Shown here one piece after another: positions 11,908 through 25,177 of a DNA stretch of 64,000 bases (its first letter is position 1; each line of letters begins with the position of its first letter). Source of the DNA: Haliotis cracherodii. Lineage: Eukaryota. The stretch covers positions 71,858,001-71,922,000 of the forward strand of contig NW_027266275.1 of the NCBI RefSeq assembly GCF_022045235.1, written 5' to 3'. A program made the position numbers and the translations under genes. The notes below the pieces were generated by a model. It was given only the letters and a program-made list of their open reading frames with translations. It did no database searches and was not told the DNA's origin.

Positions 11908-13469
11908 CTGAGAAAGAAACCAAGGTAAAGCATTAAAGGGGTTTGTCGGACACCTCCCGCTATCCCTCACTAGGTGACGTGAGTAGATTTGCTAGCTAAC
12001 GCAACCGAGCGTGACAATAGACTGGGCTACCGTCTTTAAGGACAGCGTAAATAAACTTTGAGGCAATCTTCTATAAGTATTTCTGAACACTGATTGCTTA
12101 CCGTGATCTATGAAGATTTCGATATTACAAAGGGGACATGTTAATCAATTTCTTCAACCTAAACAAACAGACAAAAAGAACGCTTGGAGCTGACAAGGTG
12201 TCATTACTAGTATTTGGAAATACCCTGAAAGTATCCTCGCGGTAAAAGCGTTTTCGGATTTCGTATTGTGCGGATAATACGATTGCTAGTTCCTTGTTGC
12301 CATCCATGTTTCCTGGCATAATCCTACACCTGTATCTTTGTTATCATTCACTTGATGCTCAGTTAATGAATTCATTACAGGTATATAAGTGGTAGCACCA
12401 CTCAGATTACCTGACAGGTTCCCATTTGGCATTGTTTGTGTCTGGGGTAATTATTCAATTAAATCGGGGTCTGAAGTGGGGTGAAATGTATGTTATGTAA
12501 TTTGCAAGATCAAAAAACAATCATCGAAGGTCAATACTTTATACTTTTATTGATTCATCTCTGTTATCTTGCACAATGGATAGATCAAAACTCCGTGTTT
12601 ACATGTGTGGGTTGACTAAAGCAGATGGAAAACACACATATCTAAGTGCCGATGTAAATTGACAAGCTTTGTGTAAACATATCATAAGCATTAAAAGATA
12701 TGCATTTGAAGGACGTTATGATTAAGTATTTACTTTGGTTGTGTTATATGTCAGCGTATGATATTGTTTAACAATGATTGTAAGGGATACATTGCAATCA
12801 TTCTCACGGGCACAGCTGACACGAGTAGAATGATGTTTCAACAGAGAATGTATCATCTCTTCATTGAATGGGAACTTGTCAGCTTGCATAATATAATTGT
12901 TTTAGTCAGACACTTTAAGTGATAACGTTAATGAAGTCACAGGAGCACTAATTATAATTACAAGTGTATCAGCATGTGTGAAAATATAGCAAATATAAAT
13001 AGAGAACACAAGAGAACAACCAGTGTCAAACATCCGCCGAAACAGATTCAATCGGGCGAAAAGGGCAGCCAATAGTTAACATGGTGGACACATGCATGAT
13101 CATCTTGTTTTAGTACAGGTACTATCTGTTTATAAATAATAGTTGATTTTCTGAAGCATATTAACATTTGAAGATGCCTTTATTTTCAAATGATTCGTCG
13201 CCCAATGAAATGCTCACATTTTAAAACCTTAAATATCAGCCTCTAATACACCTAAAAATAAAGGTTTGATGAACGTCATGATTAAGTATTTACTTTGGGA
13301 TTAAGTTCTGAAAATCCGGTTATCGCATGTAATTTCTACTGTAGCTTAGTTTATTTCAAACGAAAGAAAAGTCCCGCTTTTGGTACTAAATACAAATCGA
13401 TGCCTGTCAAAAATATGTAAGTGTTGCCGAAACAATTTTATTAGTTAGACATAATTTCATAATCGATGG

Positions 13470-13745
13470 AGGGCATTTCCAAATTTGACGCCTCACTGAC
13501 AAAATGATGTCGGATGCACTTCCCGATTTTTACTTGCACCATGACATTGTGCTCCCGTTTTTTTCAGGTGAACAGTTGACTTGCTTTTACATGTGTAAGT
13601 GACGCATGCCACCGGTGAGACAGGATACGCTCACCGTTTCGTGGAAACCTGCTACCTTTACTATTTGATAATGATTCATGAATACATGATCATGATATTG
13701 TCGAAATCGTGCAATCGACTCTCCTTTCAGCAGAGATTACTAATG
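13470..13745 (+). mobile_element. Penelope-like (Naiad-type) retroelement 3' terminal fragment
   Basis: Matches 27720-27980 and 61480-61770 (GGACATTTCCAAATTTGAC..GATGCA..GTGACG..CAGGA.ACGCTCACC..CTATTTGATA). Confidence 0.75.
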
Positions 13746-14072
13746 AACATTGATCAGCGACTGGCAGTCCATCAGAACCCTATTAGGAAACTGGTCTCAT
13801 GGGTGCACTTACACATGGATCAAAGATTATTCTATGAATGTTAATGTTTCTCGTGGTTATTGTCATTACAGGTACAACATATTGAAATGTGTACACACAA
13901 TAGAGCATTCCATTATCCAAACTGTAGTTATGCTTGCATCAACACATCATCATTAATGGGAACCACTGTATATATACAGATCTTGTTTATTATTCATCAC
14001 TTGTATCAATATCATCCAGGCTTGCACATCATGAGACAGACGACGTTTACGTGTATGCTATGTCTAACTGGG

Positions 14073-15314
14073 ATGTACAAGAAACAAGAAGGATTTCCCT
14101 TGAATTTGAAACTTCATGGGTTGTGTTTTCTGTTCTTGCTGTTAACTGTCAAGGGTCAAGATGACCATCATATACATCAACTACACAATGACATCATCAA
14201 AAACAACAACCCAAAGGTAAGACCTGTCAAGAACAGCAGTGATGCTGTCACGGTCTCATTACAACTTCATCTTCTTAGCATGTCCGATTTTGATGACGTG
14301 ACTCAGACAGTAACAGCTAATGGGTTTTTCTTTGTGACCTGGAAAGATGAGTTCCTAACTTGGAACGCCAGCAAGTATGGAGGAGTCGGTGAAATAAGTC
14401 CTGACTATGGGATGGTGTGGAGACCTTACATCACTATTCGTAACGTCGTGGATAGTGTTGAACCCCTGGGACTCGACTTCGGAATCATTAAAGTGACAGC
14501 CAATGGAATTGTGACTTGGTTCCCTGGCGATACCTTCAAGACTTTCTGCCTAATGGATGTTACTAACTTTCCTTTGGATGAACAGATGTGTACTTACATT
14601 ACGTTAGATTGGGGACATAGTCTAGATGAAATTGATTTAAAACCGATCAATAATTCTATAGAGTTATCGTTCTTTAACCCTAACAGCCAATGGGATATCA
14701 TTGACTCATCTGCTCAGAGAGTGGTCCTTGAATACATCGGCAAATCATCTTCACTTATAAACTTCAATATGACACTGAAGAGAAAGCCATCCCTGGTGAT
14801 ACTGACAATTCTCCTGCCTGTCTTGATGCTGGGATTAGTGAATGTGATGGTGTTCCTCATTCCTGTGGATTCCGGGGAGAAGCTGTCCTTTGCCATCACA
14901 GTGCTGCTGTCTTTCACGGTATCGCTGTCTTTCGTCGCTGGACTGCTGCCTCAGAATGCTGACAGTATACCCGTATTTACTATCTTTATTATTGGCCTGT
15001 TTTTAACTAGCTCTATCTACGTGTTTCTGACCATCTGGATCGTGCAAGTGTTCTATCGGGACGCTGCCATCAGGCCTGTTCCCTCCTGGATAGGGCGTAT
15101 AACAAGTGCCTGGGAGAGATGCTTCTGTGGCACTCCTGCTGTTGGAAACCAGGAGACGGTGCCACAGGAAAGGATGTCGAAGGAATCATGGAATCCCCCA
15201 TCAATGACCTGGATGCGAGTCAGCAGACTGGCTGACAGTGTTTTCTTTTGTTTCTTTCTCTCGCTGTTCATCATGACAACAGTGATTGGTTTTCTTAAGA
15301 TAGCACATTTCTAA
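14073..15314 (+). CDS. Intronless non-canonical nAChR-like Cys-loop subunit (subfamily A, locus 2)
   Basis: Open frame. ATG 14073 (MYKKQEG..LCFLFLLLTVKG-QDD) gives 413 aa with a signal peptide. Cys-loop CLMDVTNFPLDEQMC, GEKLSFAITVLLS, four TMs, no loop-C CC. The frame is also open upstream to 13860, so the start is not certain. Confidence 0.95.
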   Translation: MYKKQEGFPLNLKLHGLCFLFLLLTVKGQDDHHIHQLHNDIIKNNNPKVRPVKNSSDAVTVSLQLHLLSMSDFDDVTQTVTANGFFFVTWKDEFLTWNASKYGGVGEISPDYGMVWRPYITIRNVVDSVEPLGLDFGIIKVTANGIVTWFPGDTFKTFCLMDVTNFPLDEQMCTYITLDWGHSLDEIDLKPINNSIELSFFNPNSQWDIIDSSAQRVVLEYIGKSSSLINFNMTLKRKPSLVILTILLPVLMLGLVNVMVFLIPVDSGEKLSFAITVLLSFTVSLSFVAGLLPQNADSIPVFTIFIIGLFLTSSIYVFLTIWIVQVFYRDAAIRPVPSWIGRITSAWERCFCGTPAVGNQETVPQERMSKESWNPPSMTWMRVSRLADSVFFCFFLSLFIMTTVIGFLKIAHF

Positions 15315-15414
15315 CATGCCAAAGACATGTAAACCCAGTAAACTGAATGGCACACATCCTTGTAATAATAAGAACCTAATCATATTTGTATTGACGCATC
15401 CATATGTCACATAC

Positions 15415-15960
15415 TCAGTGTGTTACACATCTATCACTGTCTTCTGTAGATGTATCAGTGTGTTATATATTCAAGACTGTGTCTTCTGTTAAAGTATCGG
15501 TGTATAACATATCCATCACTGTCTTCTGTTGATGTATCACTGTGTTATATATTCAAGACTGTGTCTTCTGTTGAAGTATCAGTGTGTTACATATCCATCA
15601 CTGTCTTCTGTAGATGTATCATTGTGTTATATATTCAAGACTGTGTCTTCTGTTGGAGTATCAGTGTGTTACATATCCATCGCTGTCTTCTGTTGAAGTA
15701 TCAGTGCGTTACACATTCAAGACTGTGTCTTCTGTTGAAGTATCGGCGTATAACATATCCATCACTGTCTTCTGTTGAAGTATCAGTGTGTTACACATTC
15801 AAGACTGGGTCGTCTGTTGAAGTATCAGTGTGTTACATAGTCAAAACAGTGTCCTCTGTTGACGTGTGCTTCATATTCAATGATTAGTAGTATGTTGACG
15901 TTTCAGTGTGTCACATGTCTTCTGTTGACCTATCATTGTCTTACATATTCAACATTGTGT
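15415..15960. repeat. Minisatellite of alternating ~40/42-bp units just 3' of locus 2
   Basis: GTATCAGTGTGTTATATATTCAAGACTGTGTCTTCTGTTGAA alternates with GTATCGGTGTATAACATATCCATCACTGTCTTCTGTTGAT. Confidence 0.9.
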
Positions 15961-16034
15961 CGCGTGTTGACATTTACATTTGATACCATGTTCATTCTGT
16001 CTCCTGTATCTCATGCTTTTCGTAATGGGGAAAA

Positions 16035-16490
16035 AGAGAAAGAGAACCCTTTTCATATTGATAAGAAACCTCTGCACAAAGCACAGTCGATTAAACGTTT
16101 CCGACTACACCATGAGCATGTGTTTATGAATCACTATCAATTAGGCATCATACCAGATGTTCGCTAAAAGGTAAGAATATCCTGCCCCACCGGTGGCACC
16201 CGTCACAAACACATGCAAAACATTTGCTGGCCTGAAATAAACGGTAACATTTTGTACCAGTCAAAATAGGGAATTGCATCGTATATCATATTTGTCACTG
16301 ATCAACTGATCACTTTGTCAAATTTGGGAATGTCCCCCACGTGTCTAACACAAACCTTTTGAAAGCTTAACTGAATCCTTCAATGTCGTTACCCTGATCA
16401 ACAACTTGGGCAAGAGTCAAATGGCAGCTTTGAAAACCCCAAAGAAAGAAGATGTTTGATTGTACCTCAAAAGTTGTGAAGTGTAAACAC
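16035..16490 (-). mobile_element. Penelope-like (Naiad-type) 3' fragment
   Basis: Reverse complement of the 27560-28000 region, including a VYTSQLLRYN-like segment and the terminal module. Confidence 0.75.
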
Positions 16491-18239
16491 TTATACTGTA
16501 ACCGTGATCACTCACTCACTGCTGGCTGTGTCATTAAATAACATTCAATCACTTAATGAACAATCTCCCTGTGTTGTCTATTAACGCAGTGTGACCATTC
16601 CACAAAGCGATCTTAGCACTAAGGTGGTAACTACTCTGCTTTACCGTAATGACAGAACGGTTGCATATTGACATGTTATTGATCGAGTTTCTTTAAAATA
16701 ATATCATAACACATACACCATTCGAGGGAGGATTTAGCACGGGGTAAAGCTGCGTGTCACATTATTGTGTGGTTTGTGAAGTAGTCCTCACACCCTGCTG
16801 CCTTACACAGTCTCTTCACCAAGCCAGACATGGTGTTGCGTCCACCTGGCATAGTACAGTGCTCGTTGATATTTCACCGGCCTTACATGGAATGCATCAC
16901 AAACGTTATCAGCTCACCAAACGAAATACTATATATAATGTTGTCAGATATTTAACTTTACAGCAAATTAAAAACGTTACATAATTAAATTAAAGTGAAC
17001 ACAGAATAACGCCAATCAATAAAATCCATTAACTGGGTGGTATATGTTTTAAAGTAGCTTGTGTGATTTTTTCATCGCATTATGACAGTCTTAATATTAT
17101 TAAGGAAAAGATACTTAAAATTTCTTTAAAAAATGTGATAGTGTATTCTGAAAACTATACCTCAAATCCATATACTTCTCATGTAGTCTGACTGGATAGC
17201 GATTTGGAAAATCAGTGTTTGGTTCAGCTGCTATCGTTTTCAGTGCAACAGATTTGTGTTGGAAGCCTACATTATTTATCTTGTCTTTTATAACCAAACT
17301 GAAATTTCATGGAAACAATTGACAATGGCAATTCCGTTTCGGTCATTGTTTTCCCAAAACGTGTTTGACTGTCCGTCTTACGCAATATTTATACTGGTCT
17401 CTTTCTTTTCTACTTCCCGAGTTAAGCGGACTGAGTCTTCATCCGATACATCACTGCTCCAACTTCTATCAGTTACATACTATATTCATCGGTATCAGTA
17501 CCTTCAAACACCTTGACACCACCGCGTCGTAAGCACACTGGATGTTAGGAATTCGAATGTGCCTTCTTATAAAGGACTCCAATATGCACTTTCTTGCCAA
17601 TGTTCAAGTTGCATGTGAATTGACGCACGCTTCCGCGCTGTAATTTAGAAGCCAATATCATCAATGCTGTATTTAGTTATTGACCCTGTTTCACGATATT
17701 TCCTATTGAGTTATGGTTCATAAGCAAGACGCACGAAATTCTGTTTAATAACTTGAATATACTCCTCCCGTATTTGCTCATGATATTTGGTCCTCGACCT
17801 TACGGCCTCGGGCAAAATATCGCCCGAAAATACGGGAGGGTTGGGGGAGTTTATTCTATACAGAATGATTGACAGAAGACCTGCTTTCAGATAATATTCA
17901 AGAATTTCTCGATAAATGAGTCGATATGATTTTTTTTTTACATTGATAGACGTATAGAGTTTATTAAAGATGAATTAGATGCTGCGGTATGAAAACGTTA
18001 GCTGGAACAATAAATAGTTTGATACTGGAAGTGAACAGCTGAAAAGTGAAAGATGTATAGCATTGAAAAGATTTAGAAAATATAAGGATAGTCACTAATT
18101 GGAGGATTTCAGGTGCATAAGAAACAAAAGAAATGTTATATTCAGACATAAAAGAAATGAATATTTCGAACATAAGAAGCAATATGAGGAGAATAACATT
18201 AACAATTTAAAAAAAGTCTTGTCTGTGATATCACGGATA

Positions 18240-18800
18240 GAATTTCTAAATCTCAAGCTAAATTAAGGGAGGGATATTCAGCAGTTGACAATGTCTCCAT
18301 ATTGCAACCTTTGAACAACGCTATTTCAGCAGGGAAGGGGGAATGTTTTAGGCATTATATGTTGACTTCTCTAAAGCATTTGCTTCTATACGCAGGTGTA
18401 AATTATGTATAGTCTTTAATGTAAGTGAAATTGTTATATAGTCTATAAGAAATGTTCAGACGTGCGTTCGAGACAAGAGTGTAATGCCTGATATGTTTGA
18501 ATGCAAAGTTGGCGTACGCCGAAAAGGTAAGTTCAGTACGTTTTTATTTTACCTTCAATAAAACTTATTTAGCATCAGCAATCCACAATAGTTGTGCAAA
18601 TGGTATTCAGTTACATCCAGATGTTGTTCAACTGTTTCTGTGAATATTTGTCAGATGATCTTATCATGTTCTCAAGATTAGATTGTCACTTGTCACTCTG
18701 TGATAAATGGAAATTCAAATTTATTAATCAAAACTAAAATTATTGTATTACAAAATGTTTTCAAAAAATGAAAAATGGTCCTTTAAAGAAAAACGTTTGG
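18240..18800 (+). mobile_element. Decayed CR1/L2-group LINE RT fragment
   Basis: YVDFSKAF, FECKVGVR and LFL..DDLIMFS remnants with stops. Confidence 0.65.
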
Positions 18801-19299
18801 GAGTAACTACGCACGATAATAATTTTTGTGTTCATTTAGTAACAATCTAAACAAGAAAAGGTAACATAAGATATTTTATTCGGTATTTAAGGCCACATGG
18901 CCTATTGTAAGTTAACATTTTCAATTTCATTTGTTTAGTCACGTAATATACATGATATGTAAAAACTATCTGAGAATATATGTTTCAACAATATGGCTAA
19001 TGAACGTATAACAGCAGAGTTGTTGGATTTTAAAAGACTTATCATTAACATCTAATTTTTATGCCTACTGTTAAACATCGGAATATACTTTTCTCTAAGA
19101 TGTTAGTACATTTCACATATAAATAAAACATGAAAATCATCCTCAATTTCTCCTTTTTGGCAGTTTTTTCAGATACCCATTTTTCACAGCTACGTCTAAA
19201 ATTTACACTGAAATTGTGTAATGACACTATGATTTTCATAATGTCCTAACAAAGTATTTATCATCTAACATACTTATATACTTCTCTGGTTCTATAGCA

Positions 19300-20130
19300 A
19301 ACGTGATATCCTTGTAATTGCCAAGGAAACGTGAAGAAGATATACTATCATGCCAGTTTTGACTATACATATCCTGACATTGGACACCCAATTCGTTTTG
19401 CCTTTGTCATCAAGAGTTTTCAGTAGTTTATACTATTGGTAAGGATATCTTTACGGCTCCATCCTCAGTAATTTTAACCAATATTTTATGATTCGAAGTT
19501 GACTTAATACATGAAGGGGATAACGTACTGTTTCACCTAAAATAGCTTTGTTGGAAGCATATTTTTCAACCATTAAAAAGCGCTTAAAGTAGGAAGCATG
19601 TACTTTTTCAATAGCGTCATTATATATTGCGCCCCATATTCCTGCCCCCTTTAGCAAGATTAGAAGCTGAAGAAAAGGATACATGATATATTTTGCTTGA
19701 AAAGATTATATATAGGTATAATTGCTTTTGATGCTTGCGATGCTAATTGTTTTCACGCAACTGACCATGATAGTTAGATGATAGCGTCAGGCCTAAATAT
19801 TTATAATAATTAACAATTTTTAAGCGATATTACCATATGTCCATTTTTCATTTTTGGAAATGATTCCTCCATTTCTAAAAGCAATTACATTTTTTTTGGA
19901 CAAATTAACTTCCAATACCCATCTACTGCAAAAAGAATGTAATATATTCAATTGTTTCTCTAGACCATACACAGAGTATGAAAACATTATAATATCATCA
20001 GCAAATAGAAGTAACATCAAATCTCGAATAGCTTGTGTGACAAACACACCATAATGTTATTCGTTATATATTTCTGTGACGAGCTCATTAATGGAATAAA
20101 ATACACAAAACTGGACTTAATATACACCAC
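19300..20130 (-). mobile_element. Decayed CR1/L2-group LINE (RT and C-terminal part)
   Basis: LLLFADDIIMFSYSVYGLEKQLNILHSFCSRWVLEVNLSK and AILGETVRYPLHV..RIIKYWLKLL. Confidence 0.8.
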
Positions 20131-20137
20131 TAGCTGT

Positions 20138-20292
20138 NNNNNNNNNNNNNNNNNNNNNNNNNNNNNNNNNNNNNNNNNNNNNNNNNNNNNNNNNNNNNNN
20201 NNNNNNNNNNNNNNNNNNNNNNNNNNNNNNNNNNNNNNNNNNNNNNNNNNNNNNNNNNNNNNNNNNNNNNNNNNNNNNNNNNNNNNNNNNNN
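20138..20292. other. Assembly gap
   Basis: Run of N. Confidence 1.
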
Positions 20293-20299
20293 TTCATAA

Positions 20300-21200
20300 T
20301 TCCAGATTGTATGTATGCCCCAAAATATTGCGAGCATATCGTTCTCTTCCAGAATTTAAATCTTCACATAACTTTACATATCCAGTTTGTCAATGAGGGC
20401 GGAGAAGAATTCATTTCAATCATTTAGAAAATATTCACGTGATGTGATGGTTCGGGAAGCTATCTTAAGGGAGTATTGGATGCAATACCTAAGATGAGGA
20501 TAAGTTAGTGCTAGTTTCCATAATACATGTAGTTTACGTTTAGAGTGAACTGACCTATATCAGACCAGATCTTCTCTCAATGACAGTCTGAGTTTCCACC
20601 TACCTTCTTCATATGAGGATATTGCATCACATACAATTCTTCTCCATTCGTTTTTACAAGGAAATATTCCAGTACTGATAAAGTTCAAAGTGACATTTTT
20701 AAGGTTATATTTACAAGAAGTTAATAGCATTGTGTCACATATGCAAGCGCTGCTTTTGATATTATGATCATTGACAAAGGCTAAGTATACACATATGATA
20801 TGTTTCAAAGGAGAGAAGCATGAGTTTGTACACAGTCTTCCGAGGAGTAGTAGCCTGCATTTGTCTATGTATCCTGTCAGTGTCCACAATCCAAGATTTG
20901 CAATGATTGAATCAGTTGGCGATTTTAGTCTCGACCTTGGATGGCTCTGGCAAATCTGAAATGAATCGTCTCTTTACCACGTATACCGCTCAGCAGCTCA
21001 CACATATAGAAGCTGGTGGAGAGAACCATTCGGTGCCATATTTTAACACATGCAATGGGGTGGAGATCATAACTATTTAATCCTACAGAGTTGAGTGAGT
21101 TTACTGTGCGCCTTGCGTTTTGGCAACATCGCACTATCATATTTGTACATGTCAGTTCAGTGTTTGGAATCTGATGTTTTATTAGGAACACTATCCAGTT
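20300..21200 (-). mobile_element. Decayed LINE C-terminal region (RTE-X/Proto2-like)
   Basis: LNSVGL..LHPIACVKIW..FARAIQG..NLGLWTLTGYIDKCRLLLLGRLC; clade assignment is tentative. Confidence 0.55.
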
Positions 21201-22299
21201 CAAATTTAAAGGGATTATGTTGGTATGAAGTCTACCTGTAATGTCAGGAGGCCAGAATATGACATTGGAGATGACAGTCTCATAGTAAGAAGAGTCAATA
21301 TTTACTTCTATGGTGAAGGTCTCAGATGTGTCGTAATGGCGTCATGTGTTCATATGCAATTTTAATAGTAAAGCTCTATGCTAGTTTATACTCTTATCTC
21401 TGCCCCATGAACCTGTGTGAGGGAGGGTTGTGTTACATCTCAGTTACCGCCATCACAGAATTCCTCACCGTAGCATGTATTCAAGTCTCTATCAGACACC
21501 TAAGATATATCAGGAGCAGTGATTCACGCCGTTGTAGGTAAGATGCCAAAACGTCCGCCTTTGACACATAGTAACTAGATCTACCCTGGACGTGAACAAA
21601 GACACTGAACTATGTCCCCGAAGCATTCACATTGCATGGTTGCATTTCAGGATATCGATTAGCTTCTATTCAGTAGGCATGTGGGCCATATTGACATTCA
21701 CTCTAGGACTAATGTATCTATCAGCTTCAATTCAGTACGTAGTATGTGTGAGAGAGAAAAATACATAAAGAAATACAGAATGTTGGAGGCGCTTTCTGAT
21801 CAGTCATTACATTTGATAGGTCTCAGAAGAGTAGAGCTACAGTTTGTTTGGAGCAAAATGACACAGGTGAATCGTTAATGTCCTCAGAATGAAGTAAAAG
21901 TCAATAGAACCTTCGAAGCAAACTATTACCAAGAATGTGAACTTTAAATGTTTGGATTCAAATATTGTTACCCTGGAAGCGTTATTGGCCTAAAAATATG
22001 ACTGAAAATCAGGAGCGTTTTCTTAAAGGAACTTACCTTCGGCAAAATAGAATTTCCTTTTTCGACTTACACAATAAATGTATTCATTTACATGATATAA
22101 CCATGACATATCCATTCTTAAGAAATGAACTTTTGTTAAGTTATGTATGGCCTTTGCCATTTGCTGTTATCAACTCAACCTAACATACATAAAATTTGAA
22201 AATATACTCTTAGTATCATAGAGCTCTACAGCTTTAAGCATCAAATGGCAAATGTCCTACTGTTACATTAAAAGTGATAAATTGTTATAGGATTGATAT

Positions 22300-23360
22300 T
22301 TTATGACAAAAGACCACTGTTGTCATGGTACGTATCTAGGAAAAAAAACAAAAAAACATGTCAGCCATTCTGTTGACCCGCCCCGAGGTCATTGATGAGG
22401 ATTGACATGATTCATTCAACATCATTATAGAGTGTACTCGTTTCCCACAGATGAAGTGCCAAAAAAACATTTCTCCCAGGCCCTTGCCATACGCCCCATC
22501 CAGGAGGGAACGGTCCTGGTGGCAGCGTTTCGATAGAACATCTGCACGACCCATATGCTCAGAAACACGTAGACTCATTACAAACAGGCCAATAATTAAG
22601 ATAGTTACCACGGGTATACTGTCAGCGTTCTGAGGCAGCAGTCCAGTGACGAAGGTCAGGGATACCATGAAAGACAGCAGCACTGTGATGGCAAGGGACA
22701 GCTTCTCCCAAGACTCCAATGGAATGAGGAACACCACCACATTGACTAATACCAGCATCAGGACAGGCCGGAGAGTTGTCAGTTTCATCGGTGAGGGTTT
22801 TCTTAACATCTAACAGTGGCCATCAAGAACAACACTTGCAGATTACGTGTTTATGATATTCCATGGACTGTTTGGGTGAAAGGAGGCTAGACCTATTGTA
22901 TAACTAATTGGTTTTATATTAACTTCATCATGTCCAACATGTCCAATCAAATATAAAGTAAGAACTGTCCCGTTCATCCAAAGGAAAGTTGGTAACATCA
23001 AATTGGCAGAAGGTTTTGAAGACTTTTCCCGACATCCAAACCACAAGTCCATTAGCTCTAACTTTTATGATCCCAAAGTCGATTCCAACAGAACCAAGAC
23101 TATCCAACTTGTTCTGAACATCTATGCTAGTTCGCCACACCATCCTATTTCACTGTCACTTCCATACTCGATGGTGTTCCAGGTTAGGAACTCATCTATC
23201 CAGGAGACACAGAAACGCCCCATGTCAGTGTCTGAGTAAATTCAAACTCAGACAAGGTTGAATTTTAACAAGACCATTATGGTTTTATTACCGATCCTCA
23301 TAGGATGGATGGTTTGGTTATTGTGTTTGAGGATGGCACTGTGTAGTTGATGTGGACACT
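22300..23360 (-). pseudogene. nAChR-like pseudogene (subfamily A, locus 3)
   Basis: Fragments HQLHSAILKHNN.., MVWRTSI..IDFGIIKVRANGLV, FCQFDVTNFPLDE, RKPSPMKLTTLRPVLML..EKLSLAITVLLS spread over several frames with stops and deletions. Confidence 0.9.
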
Positions 23361-24083
23361 ACGCAGAAATAGATACGAGTGATGAATAATACGTAATAAA
23401 TAGGAACTGTTTATATACACTGGCATCAATTGTTTCGATAATGGAATGGTATATGGCTTGCACAAATTGTTTTTCTGTGACTAATACGACATCCAAGTTC
23501 TATTAAATGACAATAATAATCACTTACACCTGGGTGAATGCATCCCTTATATCAAAGAATAGATTTATATGAACCAGACAAATATAGTGTATTGTGGTAG
23601 TACTGATGCATTGCCCGTCACGGATCAATATTTCTTATGCTTGTCTTGCAAGTTAATTAATGTTGAAAAATAAAATTGCTCTCCCCAAAACAGTTACATT
23701 GCTGCAAGATGTTTTTCGTAAACTATAACTCTGGGTCATAATTTTAGATAAAAAATATCTGGTGTTAACTCTTCTACTTTATCTTCTGTTTGCTTATCCA
23801 AAAACAACACAAAGGAGTGAATAAATTTGATACAATTCACTGATCTGCTTTGTCAATTTAACCTTGATTGAGCGATGTTTATAACATGCTGGCCCATTGA
23901 TATAAAACCCTCCCTTAGATGTCTACAGGCACACTGGCACTCAACAGCCACCTACAGGGGGCATTTCTTCACAGGCTATCATGGTTTCGTTTCAAGATCA
24001 TCAGTAAGAAACGATTAACCGTAGCAACTAGAATATATGGTTTCTGTTTAGGTATGTTTCTGGTCTGTTAACGTTAGTAAGGC

Positions 24084-24540
24084 TACTACGATAGATGGTC
24101 TCACTGGGACCTAAACACATAGCACGTGGAGTGACTACAATAGATGGTCTTACTGGAACCTAAACACATAGCACGTGAAGTGACTACAATAGATGGTCTT
24201 ACTGGGACCTAAACACATAGCACGTGAAGTGACTACAATAGATGGTCTTACTGGGACCCAAACACATAGCATGTGAAGTGACTACAATAGATGGTCTTAC
24301 TGGGACCTAAACACATAGCACGTGAAGTGACTACAATAGATGGTCTTACTGGGACCCAAACACATAGCATGTGAAGTGACTACAATAGATGGTCTTACTG
24401 GGACCTAAACACATAGCCCGTGAAGTGACTACAATAGATGGTCTCACTGGGGCCTAAACACATAGCCCGTGAAGTGACTACAATATATGGTCTTACTGGT
24501 ACCTAAACACATAGCCGGTGAAACGGCTACAATAGATAGA
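24084..24540. repeat. 49-bp minisatellite, about 9 copies
   Basis: GACTACAATAGATGGTCTTACTGGGACCTAAACACATAGCACGTGAAGT (copies at 24133, 24182 and onward). Confidence 0.95.
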
Positions 24541-25177
24541 CACACTGGGGCTTTGATTGTTACAGTGACTCGTTTGCAAATACCGTGGGTGAATAAGTAC
24601 AATTCGACATACAACAGAAGTCAATAAGTGTCTTAGCAATTTCATGATCATCATCATATGCTGCTGCCGTTGTCGGAAACAACTGCAGACACATTCCACA
24701 CGGTGCAGACATTGTTATACATGCAACTGAATTCTTGGATCGGTTCAAAAGGAATGCGTGCCGTTTATTCGATTGTTTTCCGTCAGAGTTTTAATACAGC
24801 TTACTGACATTGTGCAATTTGAAGTGGTGTGTGGAAACAACTATCTGCTGTGTATACAGCAAATATTGAAATCACGTCCAATGTCCCATCCCTTGATGGA
24901 AACAAGGTATATTGACACAAGTTCGTCTATTTCAGGGGGTATGTTATAATGTGATGATGATGATATTTTCTATAACGATACATTTACACCACTTTATACG
25001 AAGAACAGTTACCTTTTCCGTGAATATAAATGATTTGTCGAAGCGATTAATTTATCAATGAGGAGCGTAGGGTCAATTCTTGGTGCCTCTCATACTAAGT
25101 TTGATGGAAGCGACCTCTCTTTAAACTCTTTAAATCCAACCCCTATTACCTAACTTCATGAAGCTAAAGCAAGTCAT

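Noticed and set aside
11572-11970. ORFs spanning N-runs (also 20017-20337 and 62955-63460)
   Set aside because: Artefacts of translating assembly gaps.
13860-14072. 71-aa N-terminal extension of locus 2 in the ORF track
   Set aside because: It starts at TTG. The signal peptide follows ATG 14073, which gives a length matching the paralogues, so the extension is probably 5' UTR (upstream in-frame ATGs are not fully excluded).
15450-15887. Repetitive Cys/hydrophobic ORFs (also 50874-51304, 59352-59768, 7159-7429)
   Set aside because: Translations of tandem repeats or SINE tails.
23960-24015. Hammerhead ribozyme candidate (minus strand CTGATGA..GAAA)
   Set aside because: No convincing stem II or III and no valid NUH cleavage triplet.
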